Assembly (NCBI RefSeq): GCF_024521635.1
Contig: NW_026250423.1
Coordinates: 248,001 to 312,000, forward strand
DNA length: 64,000 bases
From: Tricharina praecox
Lineage: Eukaryota
Direction of reading: 5' to 3'
In this document: positions 51,761-64,000 of the stretch, piece by piece
Layout: every line of letters begins with the position of its first letter
Numbering within the stretch: position 1 is the first letter of the stretch
Made by a program: the position numbers and the translations under genes
Notes under the pieces: model-generated
Seen by the model: the letters and a program-made list of their open reading frames with translations, nothing else
Told to the model about the DNA's origin: nothing
Database searches by the model: none

Positions 51761-53373
51761 AGCACTGCAAACCCATTCGAGTTCATTCCCGATTACCTCT
51801 CTCACCACCTACATACTACTATATACTGCAGTGAAGTCTTATAATCTTCACTCGCCTCGGCAAGTTCTGCATGGCCTTAGTGCTATCCGTCCGTCCATAC
51901 TATGGGCTTGCATGTTGTCCATCATCGAGTTCGGAGTCCCAGCTAGATACATACGAGGCCAATGACACCACAGGTATGATCTGATATCTACTCTTCATCC
52001 ATGCGAACCTACCCCGACAATGCGCGGATACGCCGACAGTTCGCGGATATGTCATCAAAGATTCGAGCCCGAAGAGCACACGATGAAGTTGAGTGCATTC
52101 GATATGTAATCAAGAGCATCTCGAAAGTCGACGTCATGTAGTAGATCTTTTGCGATGGCCGCTAGATTCTCTAGGTATGTGCCCGTTCCATCCAATCGAT
52201 ACAGTTACATAGTAGCGGTATGAATTCCAGCGCAGAACTCCACATCAACACACCCTCCCCTCCCCTCCTCCATCTTCTCTATCATCCCCACAGTCCAGCA
52301 AACCCCCCGTCGCCGTGATTCCCCCACCCTCTGGTATGCACACTGTACAGTGGTACATATCCGAACCCACTACTCTACTCTCCGACCCATGCGAAAATCT
52401 GGGGAACTGCACGGCAGCACGCATCGGCTGTCTCCGGTTATATTAAGTGCATACTTGGTTGGCTATTTATCTACATAATCTATGTACATCTAGTTAGCCG
52501 GAGCCGAGGATGTTGATCTACCTGCTCTACCTACAGGCTATGTACAGCTTGTGATTCAACTTTCTCCTTAAGTGTTTGATCACCATAAGTACGTCCGTAG
52601 GCCCGTAGCATTCGGCCTTGGTATGTAGAATATCTAGGTCATGCCTACATGACCGTGTCCTCTTCCCCACTGCCCCACGGCTCGATGTGGATTTCCCCAC
52701 TCCCCACTTCCCCACTGCCCCCCGCTGGTGATTCTTGTTTAATCATCATTGCGCTGTTCGACCTCACTACGGTATGTGCCGGTACATAGATCACGGCAGA
52801 TACATACTTCATGGTATCCGTTCCCACCCCGCTGGCGGCGAGCACGATGCCCCCCCTCCACCGCTTGTGATTCGATTACACAGCTCGACGATCCGACGTC
52901 CTCCACTGAGTGATATCCCGTGAACATAGATCTGTCGTCGTGCCTGATTATTAATACCCCATCGTTAGTCGTCACAGTGGTATAAAGTATGTAGGCGGGC
53001 CACCGGGCCATCGAGGTGGTCAGACTCCTATGTACGGCTGCATCCGCTGCATGTCAGCTTATGTATTGGAGGATCTACATACGCAGTCTAGATGTCCGTC
53101 GGCAATGATATAAGCCGAGCGGAGGGGATGACATGGCTACATGGCTGGGTATGGCGGGTGTAGGTATCAAAAAAGATTGGATTAATGGGGCTCGTCGTCG
53201 GATGGATGGATGGATGGATAGAAGAAAGTAGAGTGGGAACATTCATACATACTTCGTGCATAGGGTACTCATAGCATAGGATACATCATACAGGAAGAAA
53301 AAACATGAATAACAAAAAAAAAGAAAAGAAAACGCCCGTCATATCATCACAACAAGCCATATGATAGAGTATA

Positions 53374-54366
53374 TCAAAGCTTCGACGACGGCTCGTCCGC
53401 CTGTTTATCCGCGGCCGTCGGCGTAGAGCATCTCGCCTTGATCCAGTCCACCACGTCGTTCGCAAACACAACCCTATCTTCGCCGGGCTCCGCATGCAGC
53501 TTATGGTACCAGCCATCGTACACCTTGAACGCCTTATCGTCGACCTGCAACATATCGACGAACCTCCTGCTGGCCTCGCAATCCGTGACCCTATCCGCGG
53601 TACCATGCGCGACCAGCACGGGCAAGCTCCTCGGAAAACTCGCGGCCACCTCGCGATCCTGCAGCTGTTTCCCGCGGTCCAGCATCTCGACGATGCCGAG
53701 CAGCGTGCCCGTATCGTGACATAGCGGATCGTCCGCAAAGACCCTACACGCCTCCGTGTCCCTGCTCATGGCCGCAGCATCGAGCTTATTGAGCAACTGT
53801 CGCCCGGGGAAGACCCTAGCGGCGAGCCTGCCCGCCGCAAGCACGACGGCCGCGGGCCGCGCCCCGGCCGCGAAATCGATCATGGGGCTCCAGGCGACGA
53901 CGCCGGCGAGGCTGTTGCGGTGGGCGCCCCTGTGCGCGTAGGTGAGCGCCGTGCCACCGCCCATCGAGTGCGAGAGCAGGAAGAGCGGGAGGCCGGGGTG
54001 CGCCGACAGGCGCACCAGCAGCAGCTCGTCGATGTCCGCCAGCAGCTGCCGCGTGTCCCCGCTCACCCCCCATTGCGAGGTGTTGGAGCCGCAGCTACGC
54101 CCCCAGCCTCGCTGGTCGAACGAGAAGAGCTCGATTCCGGACTGCGCGAGGGTTTCCGGGAACGAGAAATACGCGTTGCTGTGGTCCGAGAAGCCGTGCA
54201 GGAAGAAGGCTTGCGCTATGGGTGCGGTCGGCGACTGGAGGGAGTTAGCGAGGTGCTAGTAGGCCGTGGGTGCGCAGCTAGTTAGCTGAGTAACCTTCCA
54301 CGTCTTGGTGTACACTTCGACGCCGTCGCTGAGCTTGAAGGTGGATTCTTCGGTCGTGGCCGTCAT
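53374..54366 (-). CDS. Alpha/beta hydrolase, monoglyceride lipase/lysophospholipase (Yju3-like), with C-terminal PTS1, 2 exons
   Basis: Motifs VYTKTW, FLHGFSDHSNAY, FDQRGWGRS, nucleophile SHSMGG, AHGTADRVT and YDGWYHKLHAEP. Ends SSKL*. Intron 54294-54235. Confidence 0.9.
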
Positions 54367-56241
54367 AATTCTTTCTTTATTTCTTTCTTTCTTTCCGGAG
54401 CGTCGCCGTGGGTGAAGAGGCCGTCGTGGCAGCTGTTTCTATGCCTTTTTAACGCATGCAGGTCCGGAACCCGTGCTCGTTCGAGCTTGGGGCCGGCATG
54501 TGCTCTTCGGCTGTGTAACTCGTTGACGGTTAGCTAGCCGGCGGCATTCACTGGAACACTAGTAATACGTAATCATGTGCTTGTATATATGTATGATGTG
54601 AACCGTTGGGATGCGCTGCTAACCATTCATGCGGGGAAACTAGCATTTGCGTTCGAGAGCTTTTACATAGGACTGGTTGTCTATGTGCTAGAAAAGACCA
54701 TCTATTTCACCGTTTCCAAGAACATTGGACCTGCTCTTTCCAAGCTCCTGGAAGTCAGGCTCGAGGTAGGATTGGAGACCATCTCCAGCCCACTGCAAAT
54801 GTCAGTGGATGACACAAGTTGTAAATTCGGATGTTGACTGTTTGACGAGATTCTGGCGAGATTCTGGCTATAACAAGTAGTGAAGAGCTAAGAGCCGGAG
54901 GGGCCCTTCGCCGACGTTGTGAGTGGAAAGGGTGGAAGAGGCCGAGTACGAGACACAAGAGAGAAAGAGGACGAGACTAGAAATGGACCACCTGTAGTTA
55001 TAATTTAGGAAGTCCCGGACTAAAGAAGACGATCACAGCGACCGCTGAACAACAAATCAGGTAACAGACAAGAACGATGAAAGCAATGGTGATGGACGAT
55101 GAGACAGACAGACGGACCCGCCGGCAAAATAAACAAGAGCACTCTGAACGTTTAACCCCGTCGAATCGGGTCTAGCCAGGTCGGCAAAATTTCACCGCTC
55201 GTGCATCTGCCATGCCCGCCATGCCCGCCGTTTCCGCTGTGTCCCACAGTAGGTACCCAAGAGCTATTCGGCTTTGGCTTTGGCTACCATGAAATACTAT
55301 ACTACGTGCTGGGACTTGGAAGAAGTCTACATGCAGTGGAGTTATCTAGGCGAGAAAATACCGGGCTGGGCTTTTGGTTTATCATTCTGTACGGTATTTG
55401 GCCGAGGAGAGGTTAGGCTTTGTCTTCGCAGAGCACTCTATAGTATCATAGATATCACTCACTCGTCGGGTGAGTGTACATGATTTCCAGCGGCGCAGCA
55501 GTCAACGACTTCCCCACTCTCTCAGACAGACAGACAAAAACGACCTCGTGAGCGACGGCAACGGCACCGCATTACCTTTCACACCCAAGGACCGTAATCA
55601 ACTGGCACGCCCTCACTCCTGCGAGGACTGCACGAACGAAGAGCCAAGGCAAGATATGAGTCTGGCGGTGGTTCCTAGAGAAACGTGAGAACAGGAGACA
55701 TGAAAAGTAGCGAAATGATCATCAGGAGGTCTTCCGTGCAGGTAAATGGATACATCTTTGTAGTCTTCGGGATGTGTGGTAATCCCACCCCGGCCGGAAG
55801 CTTCACCTGTGAGCACAAGGTTGTGATCCCCTCCATGAGAGTGGCAAATCCCAACTAGGAACTCCCGCCCAGCTCCCAGATCTCACCGAGAGCCACGACT
55901 CGACTCCGAGTCGGTACTCCGCCCGGGTGGTGCGAATTCTACTGGGTCGTAGGGAATTACTAGGCTTGGTGGTTCATAGTATCTTGAGGTAAGTAAGCAG
56001 CGCGAAGCACTCGTAGAGATCCTATGCGGCCGCCCTTACGGCCCCAAAGCCGAAGTTGTACACATAGCGGAGTTTAATCAGCATCACCTATCAAGATCTC
56101 ACAGAGCACCATCAAGAGAACAGAAACCGGAAGCGTTATGAAGCATGCCGCTACATATCTACAAGAAAAACGCTTCACACAAATAGAGAGCTCGAAAAAG
56201 AATGACAGAAAGGGCCATGAGCCGGCGGGACGGGAAAATCG

Positions 56242-58173
56242 CTAGACTTCTCTCTCCCCCTCCTCCCCCTCCTCCTCCGTTTCGGTATCATCATGCACCG
56301 GTGCGCTAGGCTGCGTCGGCGTCGTAGGGGCTGATTGCGTGGGGATGCCGTAGTTAGCAGCAGCCTCGGCCTCCTCTTCCCTATCCAGCTGCAGCAGGTA
56401 ACTCTCCCAGAGCTCGATGAGCTCCTTCTGCGCCTCGACGGCGCTCTCGAGAAAAGTTTCGACGCCGCTCTTGAAGTCTTCAACCTTCTCGCGTTCGAAG
56501 CGATCGAGTTCCTGGCGCATGAGACGTCCCATATCCTCGAACAGCACGCGGGCCTGGTGGAGTTTCCGCTCCGAGTCTGCTACCTCGGCGCTGAGCTGCG
56601 TGAGGCGATCCTGCTGTGTTTTGCCCTGGCGCTGCAGCTTCTCGAATGTCGTGCGGCGCTTGATCAGTTCGGTTTCGGCGGCGTGGCAGGAGTGGTATGC
56701 TTTCTGGCGCTGCTGGAAGGCGAGCTTGATCGAACCGATGATACGGATGTATTCGTCTACAGTGATGCCGATGGTGAGGACGTCCTGTGCGGCTTGTCGC
56801 TCGTGCAGCTCTTTGATGCGGATTTGAAGCTCGGAAAGGTTGTCAAGAGGGGAGGATAGCGATTTGGAAAGCTCAACGGTGGAGAGTGCGTGCAGCGAGG
56901 AACTGAAGTCGTTGGCTGCTTCGGCAAGGTCTCGGCGCTGCTTCACTACTCCATCGATGGCTTTGAGGAGGTTCTTGAGCTGCGTCTCGAGAGCGTCGAG
57001 GTACTGGCGGCGGTCGTGAAACCACTGTATGTGATGTCAGAGCAACGATTCACAGAGTAAGGGAAGGCAGCCATACATCGTCTGTCTCGATGAACTTGGA
57101 GGATGATATCCCACCACCAAAGCCCAGGAACCCCTTGCTTTCCGCGGGGAGCGGCGACTGCTTCTCACGATTCTTGATATCCTGGCTCAACGATTCCGAC
57201 TCGAGGAACAACTTGAGGTCTCCATCCTGCAGCAGGATTGGGTGCTGGCAAATCCTATTCACCATACGCTCCAATGCTGCTCTGCGCGACTCGACGAAGT
57301 TCTCATCGAACCGACCGACGGCCTGCTTCTCCGGAGGCGGAGGGACGACGACACCAGGATTATTGGTATTCAGCACCTTGTAAAGCCACAAGAAATCGCT
57401 GTACCTGCGGGTGACCGAGAACTCAGGGACTCTGAACGCTTTGGAGGTGGTCTACACGGATTAGCCATGCATCCTCGCTGCCACCGTTGCCATCATCATA
57501 ACCACACCTTTGTTCGAACATTGTAGACGGTGTGCGCACTGGTCAGATCTCCAACTTTATGCGGATCGCCCACGACAATCTCGAACATCGGCTTAGCAGC
57601 AGCGGGCTGCCCCTCAGCACCGCTCCCACCGCCACCACCGTGATGTCCCCGTGTCTCGCCCTCCTCATCGTCAAACCCAATATTGTCAAGAGCATCCCTC
57701 ATTCCCGGCCTTGCCGCAGCCGCCGCAGCCAAAACTACGCTCCCTCTCCCCGCCGCGAGCGGCGACGCCTCCTTTACTGGGGGTTGCGGCGGAACATCCT
57801 GGGCGGTCGACTGTAGTAGCGGAGTAGTAGGCTCGGACGAGCCGTCGCCCAGGGGGCCCAGCGGTCCCTGATCATCTGAGATGGCCTCGGCGCGGACGAC
57901 CTGGCGGCCGGGACGACGCGGAGTCCGCCGGGTTTTCGGGGCCGGCGGTGGGTTTGGGTTCGAGTCCCCTTCTCCTCCGTCCTGTGTTGCCGAGGGTTCA
58001 GCTGCAGGCGCGCCGTGTGATTCTTCGTGCTCGGATTTGAAGCCGTTCTCGTGGTCGGTTGGTAGAGCGACAGGAGGTGTGCTCGAGGATCGCTCGTCGC
58101 CCCATGGTGAGGCGCCTTCGGTGTCCAGGTCGGCCAGGGAGGAGAGCGGTGGAGGAGATGTGCCTTCGGACAT
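56242..58173 (-). CDS. VPS5: Retromer sorting nexin Vps5 (PX-BAR), 3 exons
   Basis: Motifs FEIVVGDPHKVGDLTSAHTVY.VRT, VTRRYSDFLWLY and PGVVVPPPPEKQAVGRFDENFVESRRAALE, plus BAR-region ELDRFEREKVEDFKSGVETFLESAVEAQKELIELWE. Confidence 0.95.
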
Positions 58174-59074
58174 TGTGATGGGGTGAGAATGAGGGGTGCG
58201 AGGGGGCCGGAGATGCGATGTAGCGGCGATTACAGATGCTCCGTAGAAATGTGGATGGTCGATTGGTGCTCGACCTAGTTACTATGCTGTGAGCTGCGGG
58301 ATGTTGATTGACCGTTCGCTTGGCACCCCCACCACAAGCTCAACCCCGGACAGTATGACCTAATCCGTTTTGAATTTGGGCGTTTGTCCCTCGTGTTCCG
58401 ACCTCCGACCTGTCCTCACGCGTGGCTGAGCGTGGCTGAGCGTGGCGCTCCAATGACACGGGCGATGACTTGACTCTAGATTAGAGTGTGATGTGCATTG
58501 ATCAAAAGTTAGAAGACAAACTGAACCTCGTGCTTACCATGTGGCTTTGCGCCCGAAATTGTCAGTCATTCATCTTTCCTTACTTTCTGAAAAGTCAACC
58601 ACCAAATTGACGAGCCAATCGAAGAAAATTGACTACCGACAGCACCAGTCAATCGAAAATATTGACGACTCATTAAAAAACAGTGATGCAGTCGCACAAC
58701 AAAACAAAGGCCAATCCGCAACCAAGTGGATTATAGGGCTGCAGCGGATGGTCACCTCTCTGAACTACGGTAGTTACCGCCTTTGTCTCGCAGGAGATAT
58801 GGTACAAGCCATCGATGAAACAGATCATCTTGACCATCGAATAGAGGGTAGTAGCGGGCTACACAAGGGCACGGGGGGAAGGCCCAGACTCGAAGTAAAT
58901 TCTGCCAGTAAACACCACTATTTCATTGCCCTTTTGCTGCAGATAGATATAACCGATCCAACCCAGCTTACCACTACTTTCTAAAACCAAAACCAAAAAC
59001 ATCATTGCGCCAATATAGATAGTAAACCAAGCCCAACATAAACAACCAACCTGTCAACCAAACCCCAAAAAATT

Positions 59075-60783
59075 CTACACCTTTCCCTCAGCCGCCAACA
59101 TCTCCTCGACGGCAGCCCTGACGAGCTCCGGGTCCGCCTTCGCAATGACCCTGACGCGCTTCTCCCTCTGCTCGAGCCCAATAAACTCCTTCGGCCTGAC
59201 GGAGGTCTCAAAGTCGTAGTCGGCCTGCTCCTTCAGCGCCAGATCGACCGCATGGTTGAACTTTGCCGGGTGGGCAGTAGACAGCGAGACGAAGTGGACG
59301 TCCTTCTCGCCGGCCTGCTTCGCCTTCTGTATCAGGCGCATAGCGGCGGCCACGCCGATGGCGCTGTGGGGATCGAGCACGTAGGGCGCCGACGGGGGTG
59401 TGGTGTAGACGTGCTTGATGGTGTCGACGGTCTGCAGGTCCGAGACGCGCTCGGAGGCGAAGTCCCGCCTGGTGGCGTCGAGGACAGTGTCGGGGACTAT
59501 CGTGGTGCCCACGGTCTTGAGGCTATCCATCCACTGCAGCACGGTCTTGCCGGCGACCTCCTTCTGCTGCTTGGTTGGCTCGCCGCTGCTCTGTGGGACT
59601 CCCGCGACGGACTCGAGCGCGAGGTACCAGAGGAGACGCTCGAAGTTCGAGGAGACGAGGATGTCCATGGCCGGTGCCAGGGTCTCCTTGACGCCGCCGG
59701 GGTGCGCCTTTGCGCCGTCGGCTGCGATGCCGCCTTCGGCCTCCGAGGGCGAAAGCGGGTGCTTCTCGTAGCGCCCGCTCTTGACGAAGCGGTCGAGAAT
59801 GTCGTTCTCGTTGGTGGCGATGACGAGCCGGTCAATGGGCAATCCCATGCGCTTCGCGAAGTATCCAGCAAGGATATCGCCGAAGTTTCCAGTCGGCACG
59901 ACGAATCTGATCTTCGGGGTCTGGCCCTCGGGCAGCTTGTTCGCCAGGGCGAAATACGACGAGAAGTAGTAGACGATCTGCGCCAAGATTCGTGCCCAGT
60001 TGATGGAGTTGACGGCACCAAGGTTGTGCGTCTTGCTCAGCACAGGGTGCGAAAACAGCGTCTTGACGATGTCCTGGCAATCATCGAACGTTCCCTCCAC
60101 CGACAGGTTGTGCACATTCTCGTCGAGCACCGTAGTCATCTGCGCCTCCTGGATGGGCGACACTTTGCCGCGAGGATGCAGGATGAACACGCTGACGTCC
60201 TTCTTTCCACGCAGACCGTAGATGGCCGCCGAGCCGGTGTCACCACTTGTCGCGCCGATGACGGTCAACGCATGGCGCTTTCCACCCTCCGTGCCCTGCT
60301 GCGCGTTCTTGCGCACCAGGAAGTACTCGAAAAGGTTACCGACGAACTGCAGCGCCACATCCTTGAACGCGAAGGTAGGGCCGTGGAACAGCTCCAGGAC
60401 GTGCAGGTTATCCTCGGGCACGAGGTCGACGACGGGGGCAATCTCGGGATGGCGAAAGGTAGAGTACGAGCGCTCGACCAGCTCCTTGAGGTCTTCTGCG
60501 GGGATCTCGTCGGGAGAGATGTACAGCGACAGGACCTCGCAGGCGAGGTCCTGGAATCGGAGCTTTGACCAGCGCGAGGCCCAGTCCTGCGGGAGCGAGG
60601 GGATGGCCTCGGGGATGAACAGACCGCCGTCGTCGGCGAGTCCCTTGAGCACGGCTTCTTCGAACGAGAACTGCAGCGACAAGGTTAAGCCCAACGCCGC
60701 ACCCGCAGGGATGGAAGGCTACTCACGCCGTAGGAACCGCCGCGGGAGCTCAAATATCGCTGTGAGGGAGACGGCGCAGCCAT
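59075..60783 (-). CDS. THR4: Threonine synthase, 2 exons
   Basis: Motifs YLSSRG, FSFEEAVLKGLADDGGLFIP, PLP site LELFHGPTFAFKDVALQF, ATSGDTGSAA, NSINWARILAQ, VPTGNFGDILAG and STAHPAKF. Intron 60726-60671. Confidence 0.97.
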
Positions 60784-61761
60784 TGTGAGGATTGTTGGAC
60801 GTTGGTGAGGCGTGACTGGACGAATTGATGGGGGCGAACGGGAAGATACAACGAATGCGGAGGGACGGTGCGGGGGAGGGGTGAAAAGTTGAAGTCGCGG
60901 CTGAGGACCCCATGAAAAGGCCAAGCCATGCAGCTAAACTCCAATGTCATCAGCTCGTGGGTGAGATGACTGGTCGTGGAAACTCGGTGCATGGTTACCT
61001 TATTACGACCTTCAATGCCGTCGTTGAGTCTTCGGACGGACTGGCCTAATTACCACCGAGACACTCTTCATTGCGTATATGGGCTACACAGTTTGTATTC
61101 CCCGGACTGTAGAATTAGGTTTTCGTGCCACTCATAACCTCACATGTATACCTTAATCTATTCAATAGACATGTGCTCCATCCTCTTGGAACCGCTGGTT
61201 GAAATCGGAGGATCAATGATATTGAATTAACAGGCTGCCAAACATGGGGTGACTGTACCAGTAATTACCGCAGAACAACCATGTCCGATATAAATCGTCA
61301 CAGTCAACCATGACCAAAAAGCTACGCCTCGTGATCTTCATACGGGGATCTCTATCTCCTACCCAATAAACTCGTCATCACGAAAACTTCTCATGTTAAA
61401 CATCCGATTAAGAAATCGAGATTCACGTAAAAGCACTCGGCCGCTGGCATCGACGCTCCTTCATCTGAGCTTAGATACTAGTTGGTGACGCCCGCAGCCT
61501 TTCTTCACGCAGAATACAACACAATTCTCCGTATTTCCGTGGTTTAGATATCAAGGAGCCAATCGCCACTTTAAACCTTTATTGATCCCTTCAAAGGACC
61601 ATTGATGCTCTGCATTGGTTGGTGTCTCCCACGCATTGGCTTGACCGAAAAAACATATGATATTATACATGCTATACCGTAAAGTAGCAAAACCCAAACT
61701 TTTGTATATGCACCAACACAAAAATCATTAAACTCATGAAGCCGCACCATTTTCTTGCAGA

Positions 61762-62466
61762 TTACCTCTTTCCAATAGAACCGGAACCGGCCTTCTTTGG
61801 CTTCAATACGGCAGCCGGCGCCCTTCCGCCCTGCAGAAGATTCTTCTTCTGTTGTCTCTCGTTGAGCTTGATATTCTTCTTGCGCTCCTCGCGGTTGAGT
61901 TTTCTTGGGTTGACCTCGTCACCCTCGGCCGTCTTCTTCGTGTCGTCGATCTCCACGAGCCACTGGTCTTCCACCTCTTTGTTCTTGCCCTTGTAGCCCC
62001 ACTTGGGAACCCACTCCTGCTTCTCTTCGTCGTAGACCATCTTGCCGTCGCGGGGCTTGGTGCGGATGCCCTTCTTCTTTGCAAACAACTCCCTGTAGAA
62101 GAATCAGCAATCATTCTCCGCCACATTTTCAACCAAAAGGTAGACAAACCACTTGGTCAACTCCTTCAGTCTAGGAATTGGCTTCTCTCTGGGCAGCGGT
62201 GTGACGCCCTCCGGGAGCTCAACGAAGATTCCGTCCTTGGTGGATTTCAGCGGCAGCGCAGTAAGCACCTGGTTGATGAGTGCCTGAGCACCGTCGCGGA
62301 TCGCCACCGAAAGGCATTCCTCGCGCGCAGTGGCGTAGAGCGCAGCATCGAGAGGGTTGTTGTCGAAGGCCGTCAAGTGGCCCATGTCGAATTCGAGAGG
62401 AATTGGCTTCTCAACTGTTACGACGAGCTTTTCGCGCTTGGCGGGGGCAACCTCTGCGGCGGGCAT
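61762..62466 (-). CDS. RRS1: Ribosome biogenesis regulatory protein Rrs1, 2 exons
   Basis: Motifs FDMGHLTAFD.NP, RDGAQALINQ, LPREKPIP...LTKWELFAKKKGI and WVPKWGYKG. Intron 62149-62093. Confidence 0.95.
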
Positions 62467-62710
62467 TGTGAGGACTTTGGTGGTGGTTGTAGGTGGGGGG
62501 AAGTGTGGTGATGGTGGTGGTGGTGGAACTGCTTGCGAAGAGATCTCAAACTGTCGCGCAAGTGGAAGGAAAAGTTTCAGCCGCATCCGCAATAGGATTA
62601 GCGGAGGCTCGTTTTTTTGAACATCACCTTCCCCCCACCAACCCACCAACCGCAGTGCGACCCACCCCCCACGGACCTCCTCCACACCTCAATTGACCTG
62701 CACATCCATC

Positions 62711-64000
62711 ATGGTGCTCTCGACCGCTGGCTGGCGGTGCCTCCGCTCTACAACCATCCGCCAGCTCCCACGATCACTCGTTCCTACTACCCCCACGGCA
62801 GCAGTAGCATTCACCACCTCCGCGGCGACCCTCGACAAGAGCTCGAAACCCAACGTCAAGGGGGGGCAGGGGCGGAACGTACAGACGGGCCAACAGCGAG
62901 TCGGCGGAAGGGGTGGTCCTCCAACTACGGAGTCGAAATCGCGGGCTGCATACAAGGAGGGCGAGCGCAAACAAATACGTCAGCGCATCGTGCTCTCGAA
63001 TACCAACGCGCCGCCGGTAAACCTCGGCGAGCTCACGGTCGAGGTTTCCATCCATGAGCCCACCGTCGGCAGTGTGTTCGCGCTTGCTCCACACGATGTG
63101 GACAAGTTGAGGGAACTTCAGGCATTCAGGCGTACCCAGGATTGGAAGTTCTTCTACCGCCCTAGTACGGTCATGCGGAAGGAGAGTTTGGTGCTGGGAG
63201 AGATGCTGAAGGAGATCCAGGAGGGTGAAAAGGGGGCATGCGAACGTGTTATTCTTTCGGGTCCCAAGGGGAGTGGGAAGAGTGTGCTTTTACTACAAGC
63301 TATGTCGTGGGCGCTGCAGAGGGAGTGGGTAGTCATCAACATTTCCAATGGTACCCGTCACACCCTTCACACAGCCAGCACCTCCATATCTAATCAGCTT
63401 CGATGCTTCTTCTAGCCCACGATCTGGTGATAGGCCACACCGAGTACGAGCATGACGCGACATCGGGCACCTGGGCACAGCGGGAATACACACGGTCGCT
63501 TCTATCGCGCATCTTGTCCGCCAACCACGCCGTCCTCGCCCGCATGAAGCTCTCCAAGGACCACACGCTGAACCGTATCGACTTCCCCGCGGCAACCGAC
63601 TTGGCGCAGTTCTGCCAACGCGGATCGCGCGACGCCACGATCTCGCACGAAGTGTTCACCACTCTCCTCGAGGAGCTCTGCCACGCCGGCCGCCCACCCG
63701 TCCTCTTCGCCGTCGACTCGCTCAACTTCATGATGCAGAACTCCGACTACCACGACCAGGACTACAACATCATCCACGCGCACGACCTCGCCATCCCCCG
63801 GCACTTCTGCGACTTCCTCAACGGCACCCGCGCATTCCCGCGCGGACTGGTCATCGGCGCCACATCGCTCGCCGGTGCCCCGCGCACCGACGCCTTCGAG
63901 TACGCCCTCCGTGGCTGGAAGCTCCCCGCCTACTCCAAGCTGGACACTAGGATCGCTCCTAGCATTGCCGGCGCCGAGGTGATGGAGATCGGCGCCATGG
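62711..64000 (+). CDS. RSM23: Mitochondrial small-subunit ribosomal protein mS29/DAP3, truncated at the window end
   Basis: Presequence MVLSTAGWRCLRSTTIRQLPRS. Motifs GERKQIRQRIVLSNTNA, AFRRTQDWKFFYRPSTVMR, P-loop GPKGSGKS and PPVLFAVD. Intron 63351-63415. Confidence 0.9.

Noticed and set aside
57958..57968. GGTTCGAGTCC tRNA T-loop/B-box match
   Set aside because: Lies within the VPS5 CDS; no cloverleaf.
58541..58984. 147-aa ORF between VPS5 and THR4
   Set aside because: GTG start, no homologous motifs, and composition like UTR or promoter sequence.
59252..60568. 438-aa + strand ORF
   Set aside because: Antisense shadow of codon-biased THR4; no recognisable motifs.

Overview
Eukaryotic genomic DNA from a filamentous ascomycete (Pezizomycotina; Pezizomycetes is a tentative guess). 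The window is gene-dense and intron-rich, with short GT..AG introns and CT(A/G)AC branch sites. I reconstructed 18 protein-coding genes by hand-splicing: GT34 glycosyltransferase, CBF5, GPC1, a flavin reductase-like protein, a putative mitochondrial protein of unknown function, HIS1, PL1 pectate lyase, a mitochondrial-type TRM61, LOS1, MesA/AFI1, separase, PDE2, a Baeyer-Villiger monooxygenase, a PTS1-bearing monoglyceride-lipase-like hydrolase, VPS5, THR4, RRS1 and RSM23 (truncated at the window end). An ~11 kb gene-free, microsatellite-rich region lies upstream of PDE2. No convincing tRNA, rRNA, CRISPR array or intact transposon was seen. The top finding is at the cAMP phosphodiesterase stop: it sits in the leaky context TGA-CTA within a predicted hairpin and is followed by 83 open in-frame codons of protein-like sequence, suggesting programmed readthrough. 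The same gene also has two uORFs and a pseudo-receiver-like N-terminus. Other notable items are a six-unit CDK-consensus (TPTR) array in separase, paired CpcA/Gcn4 elements at HIS1 and a candidate C/D-box RNA near CBF5. Gene identities come from recognised motifs, not database searches.
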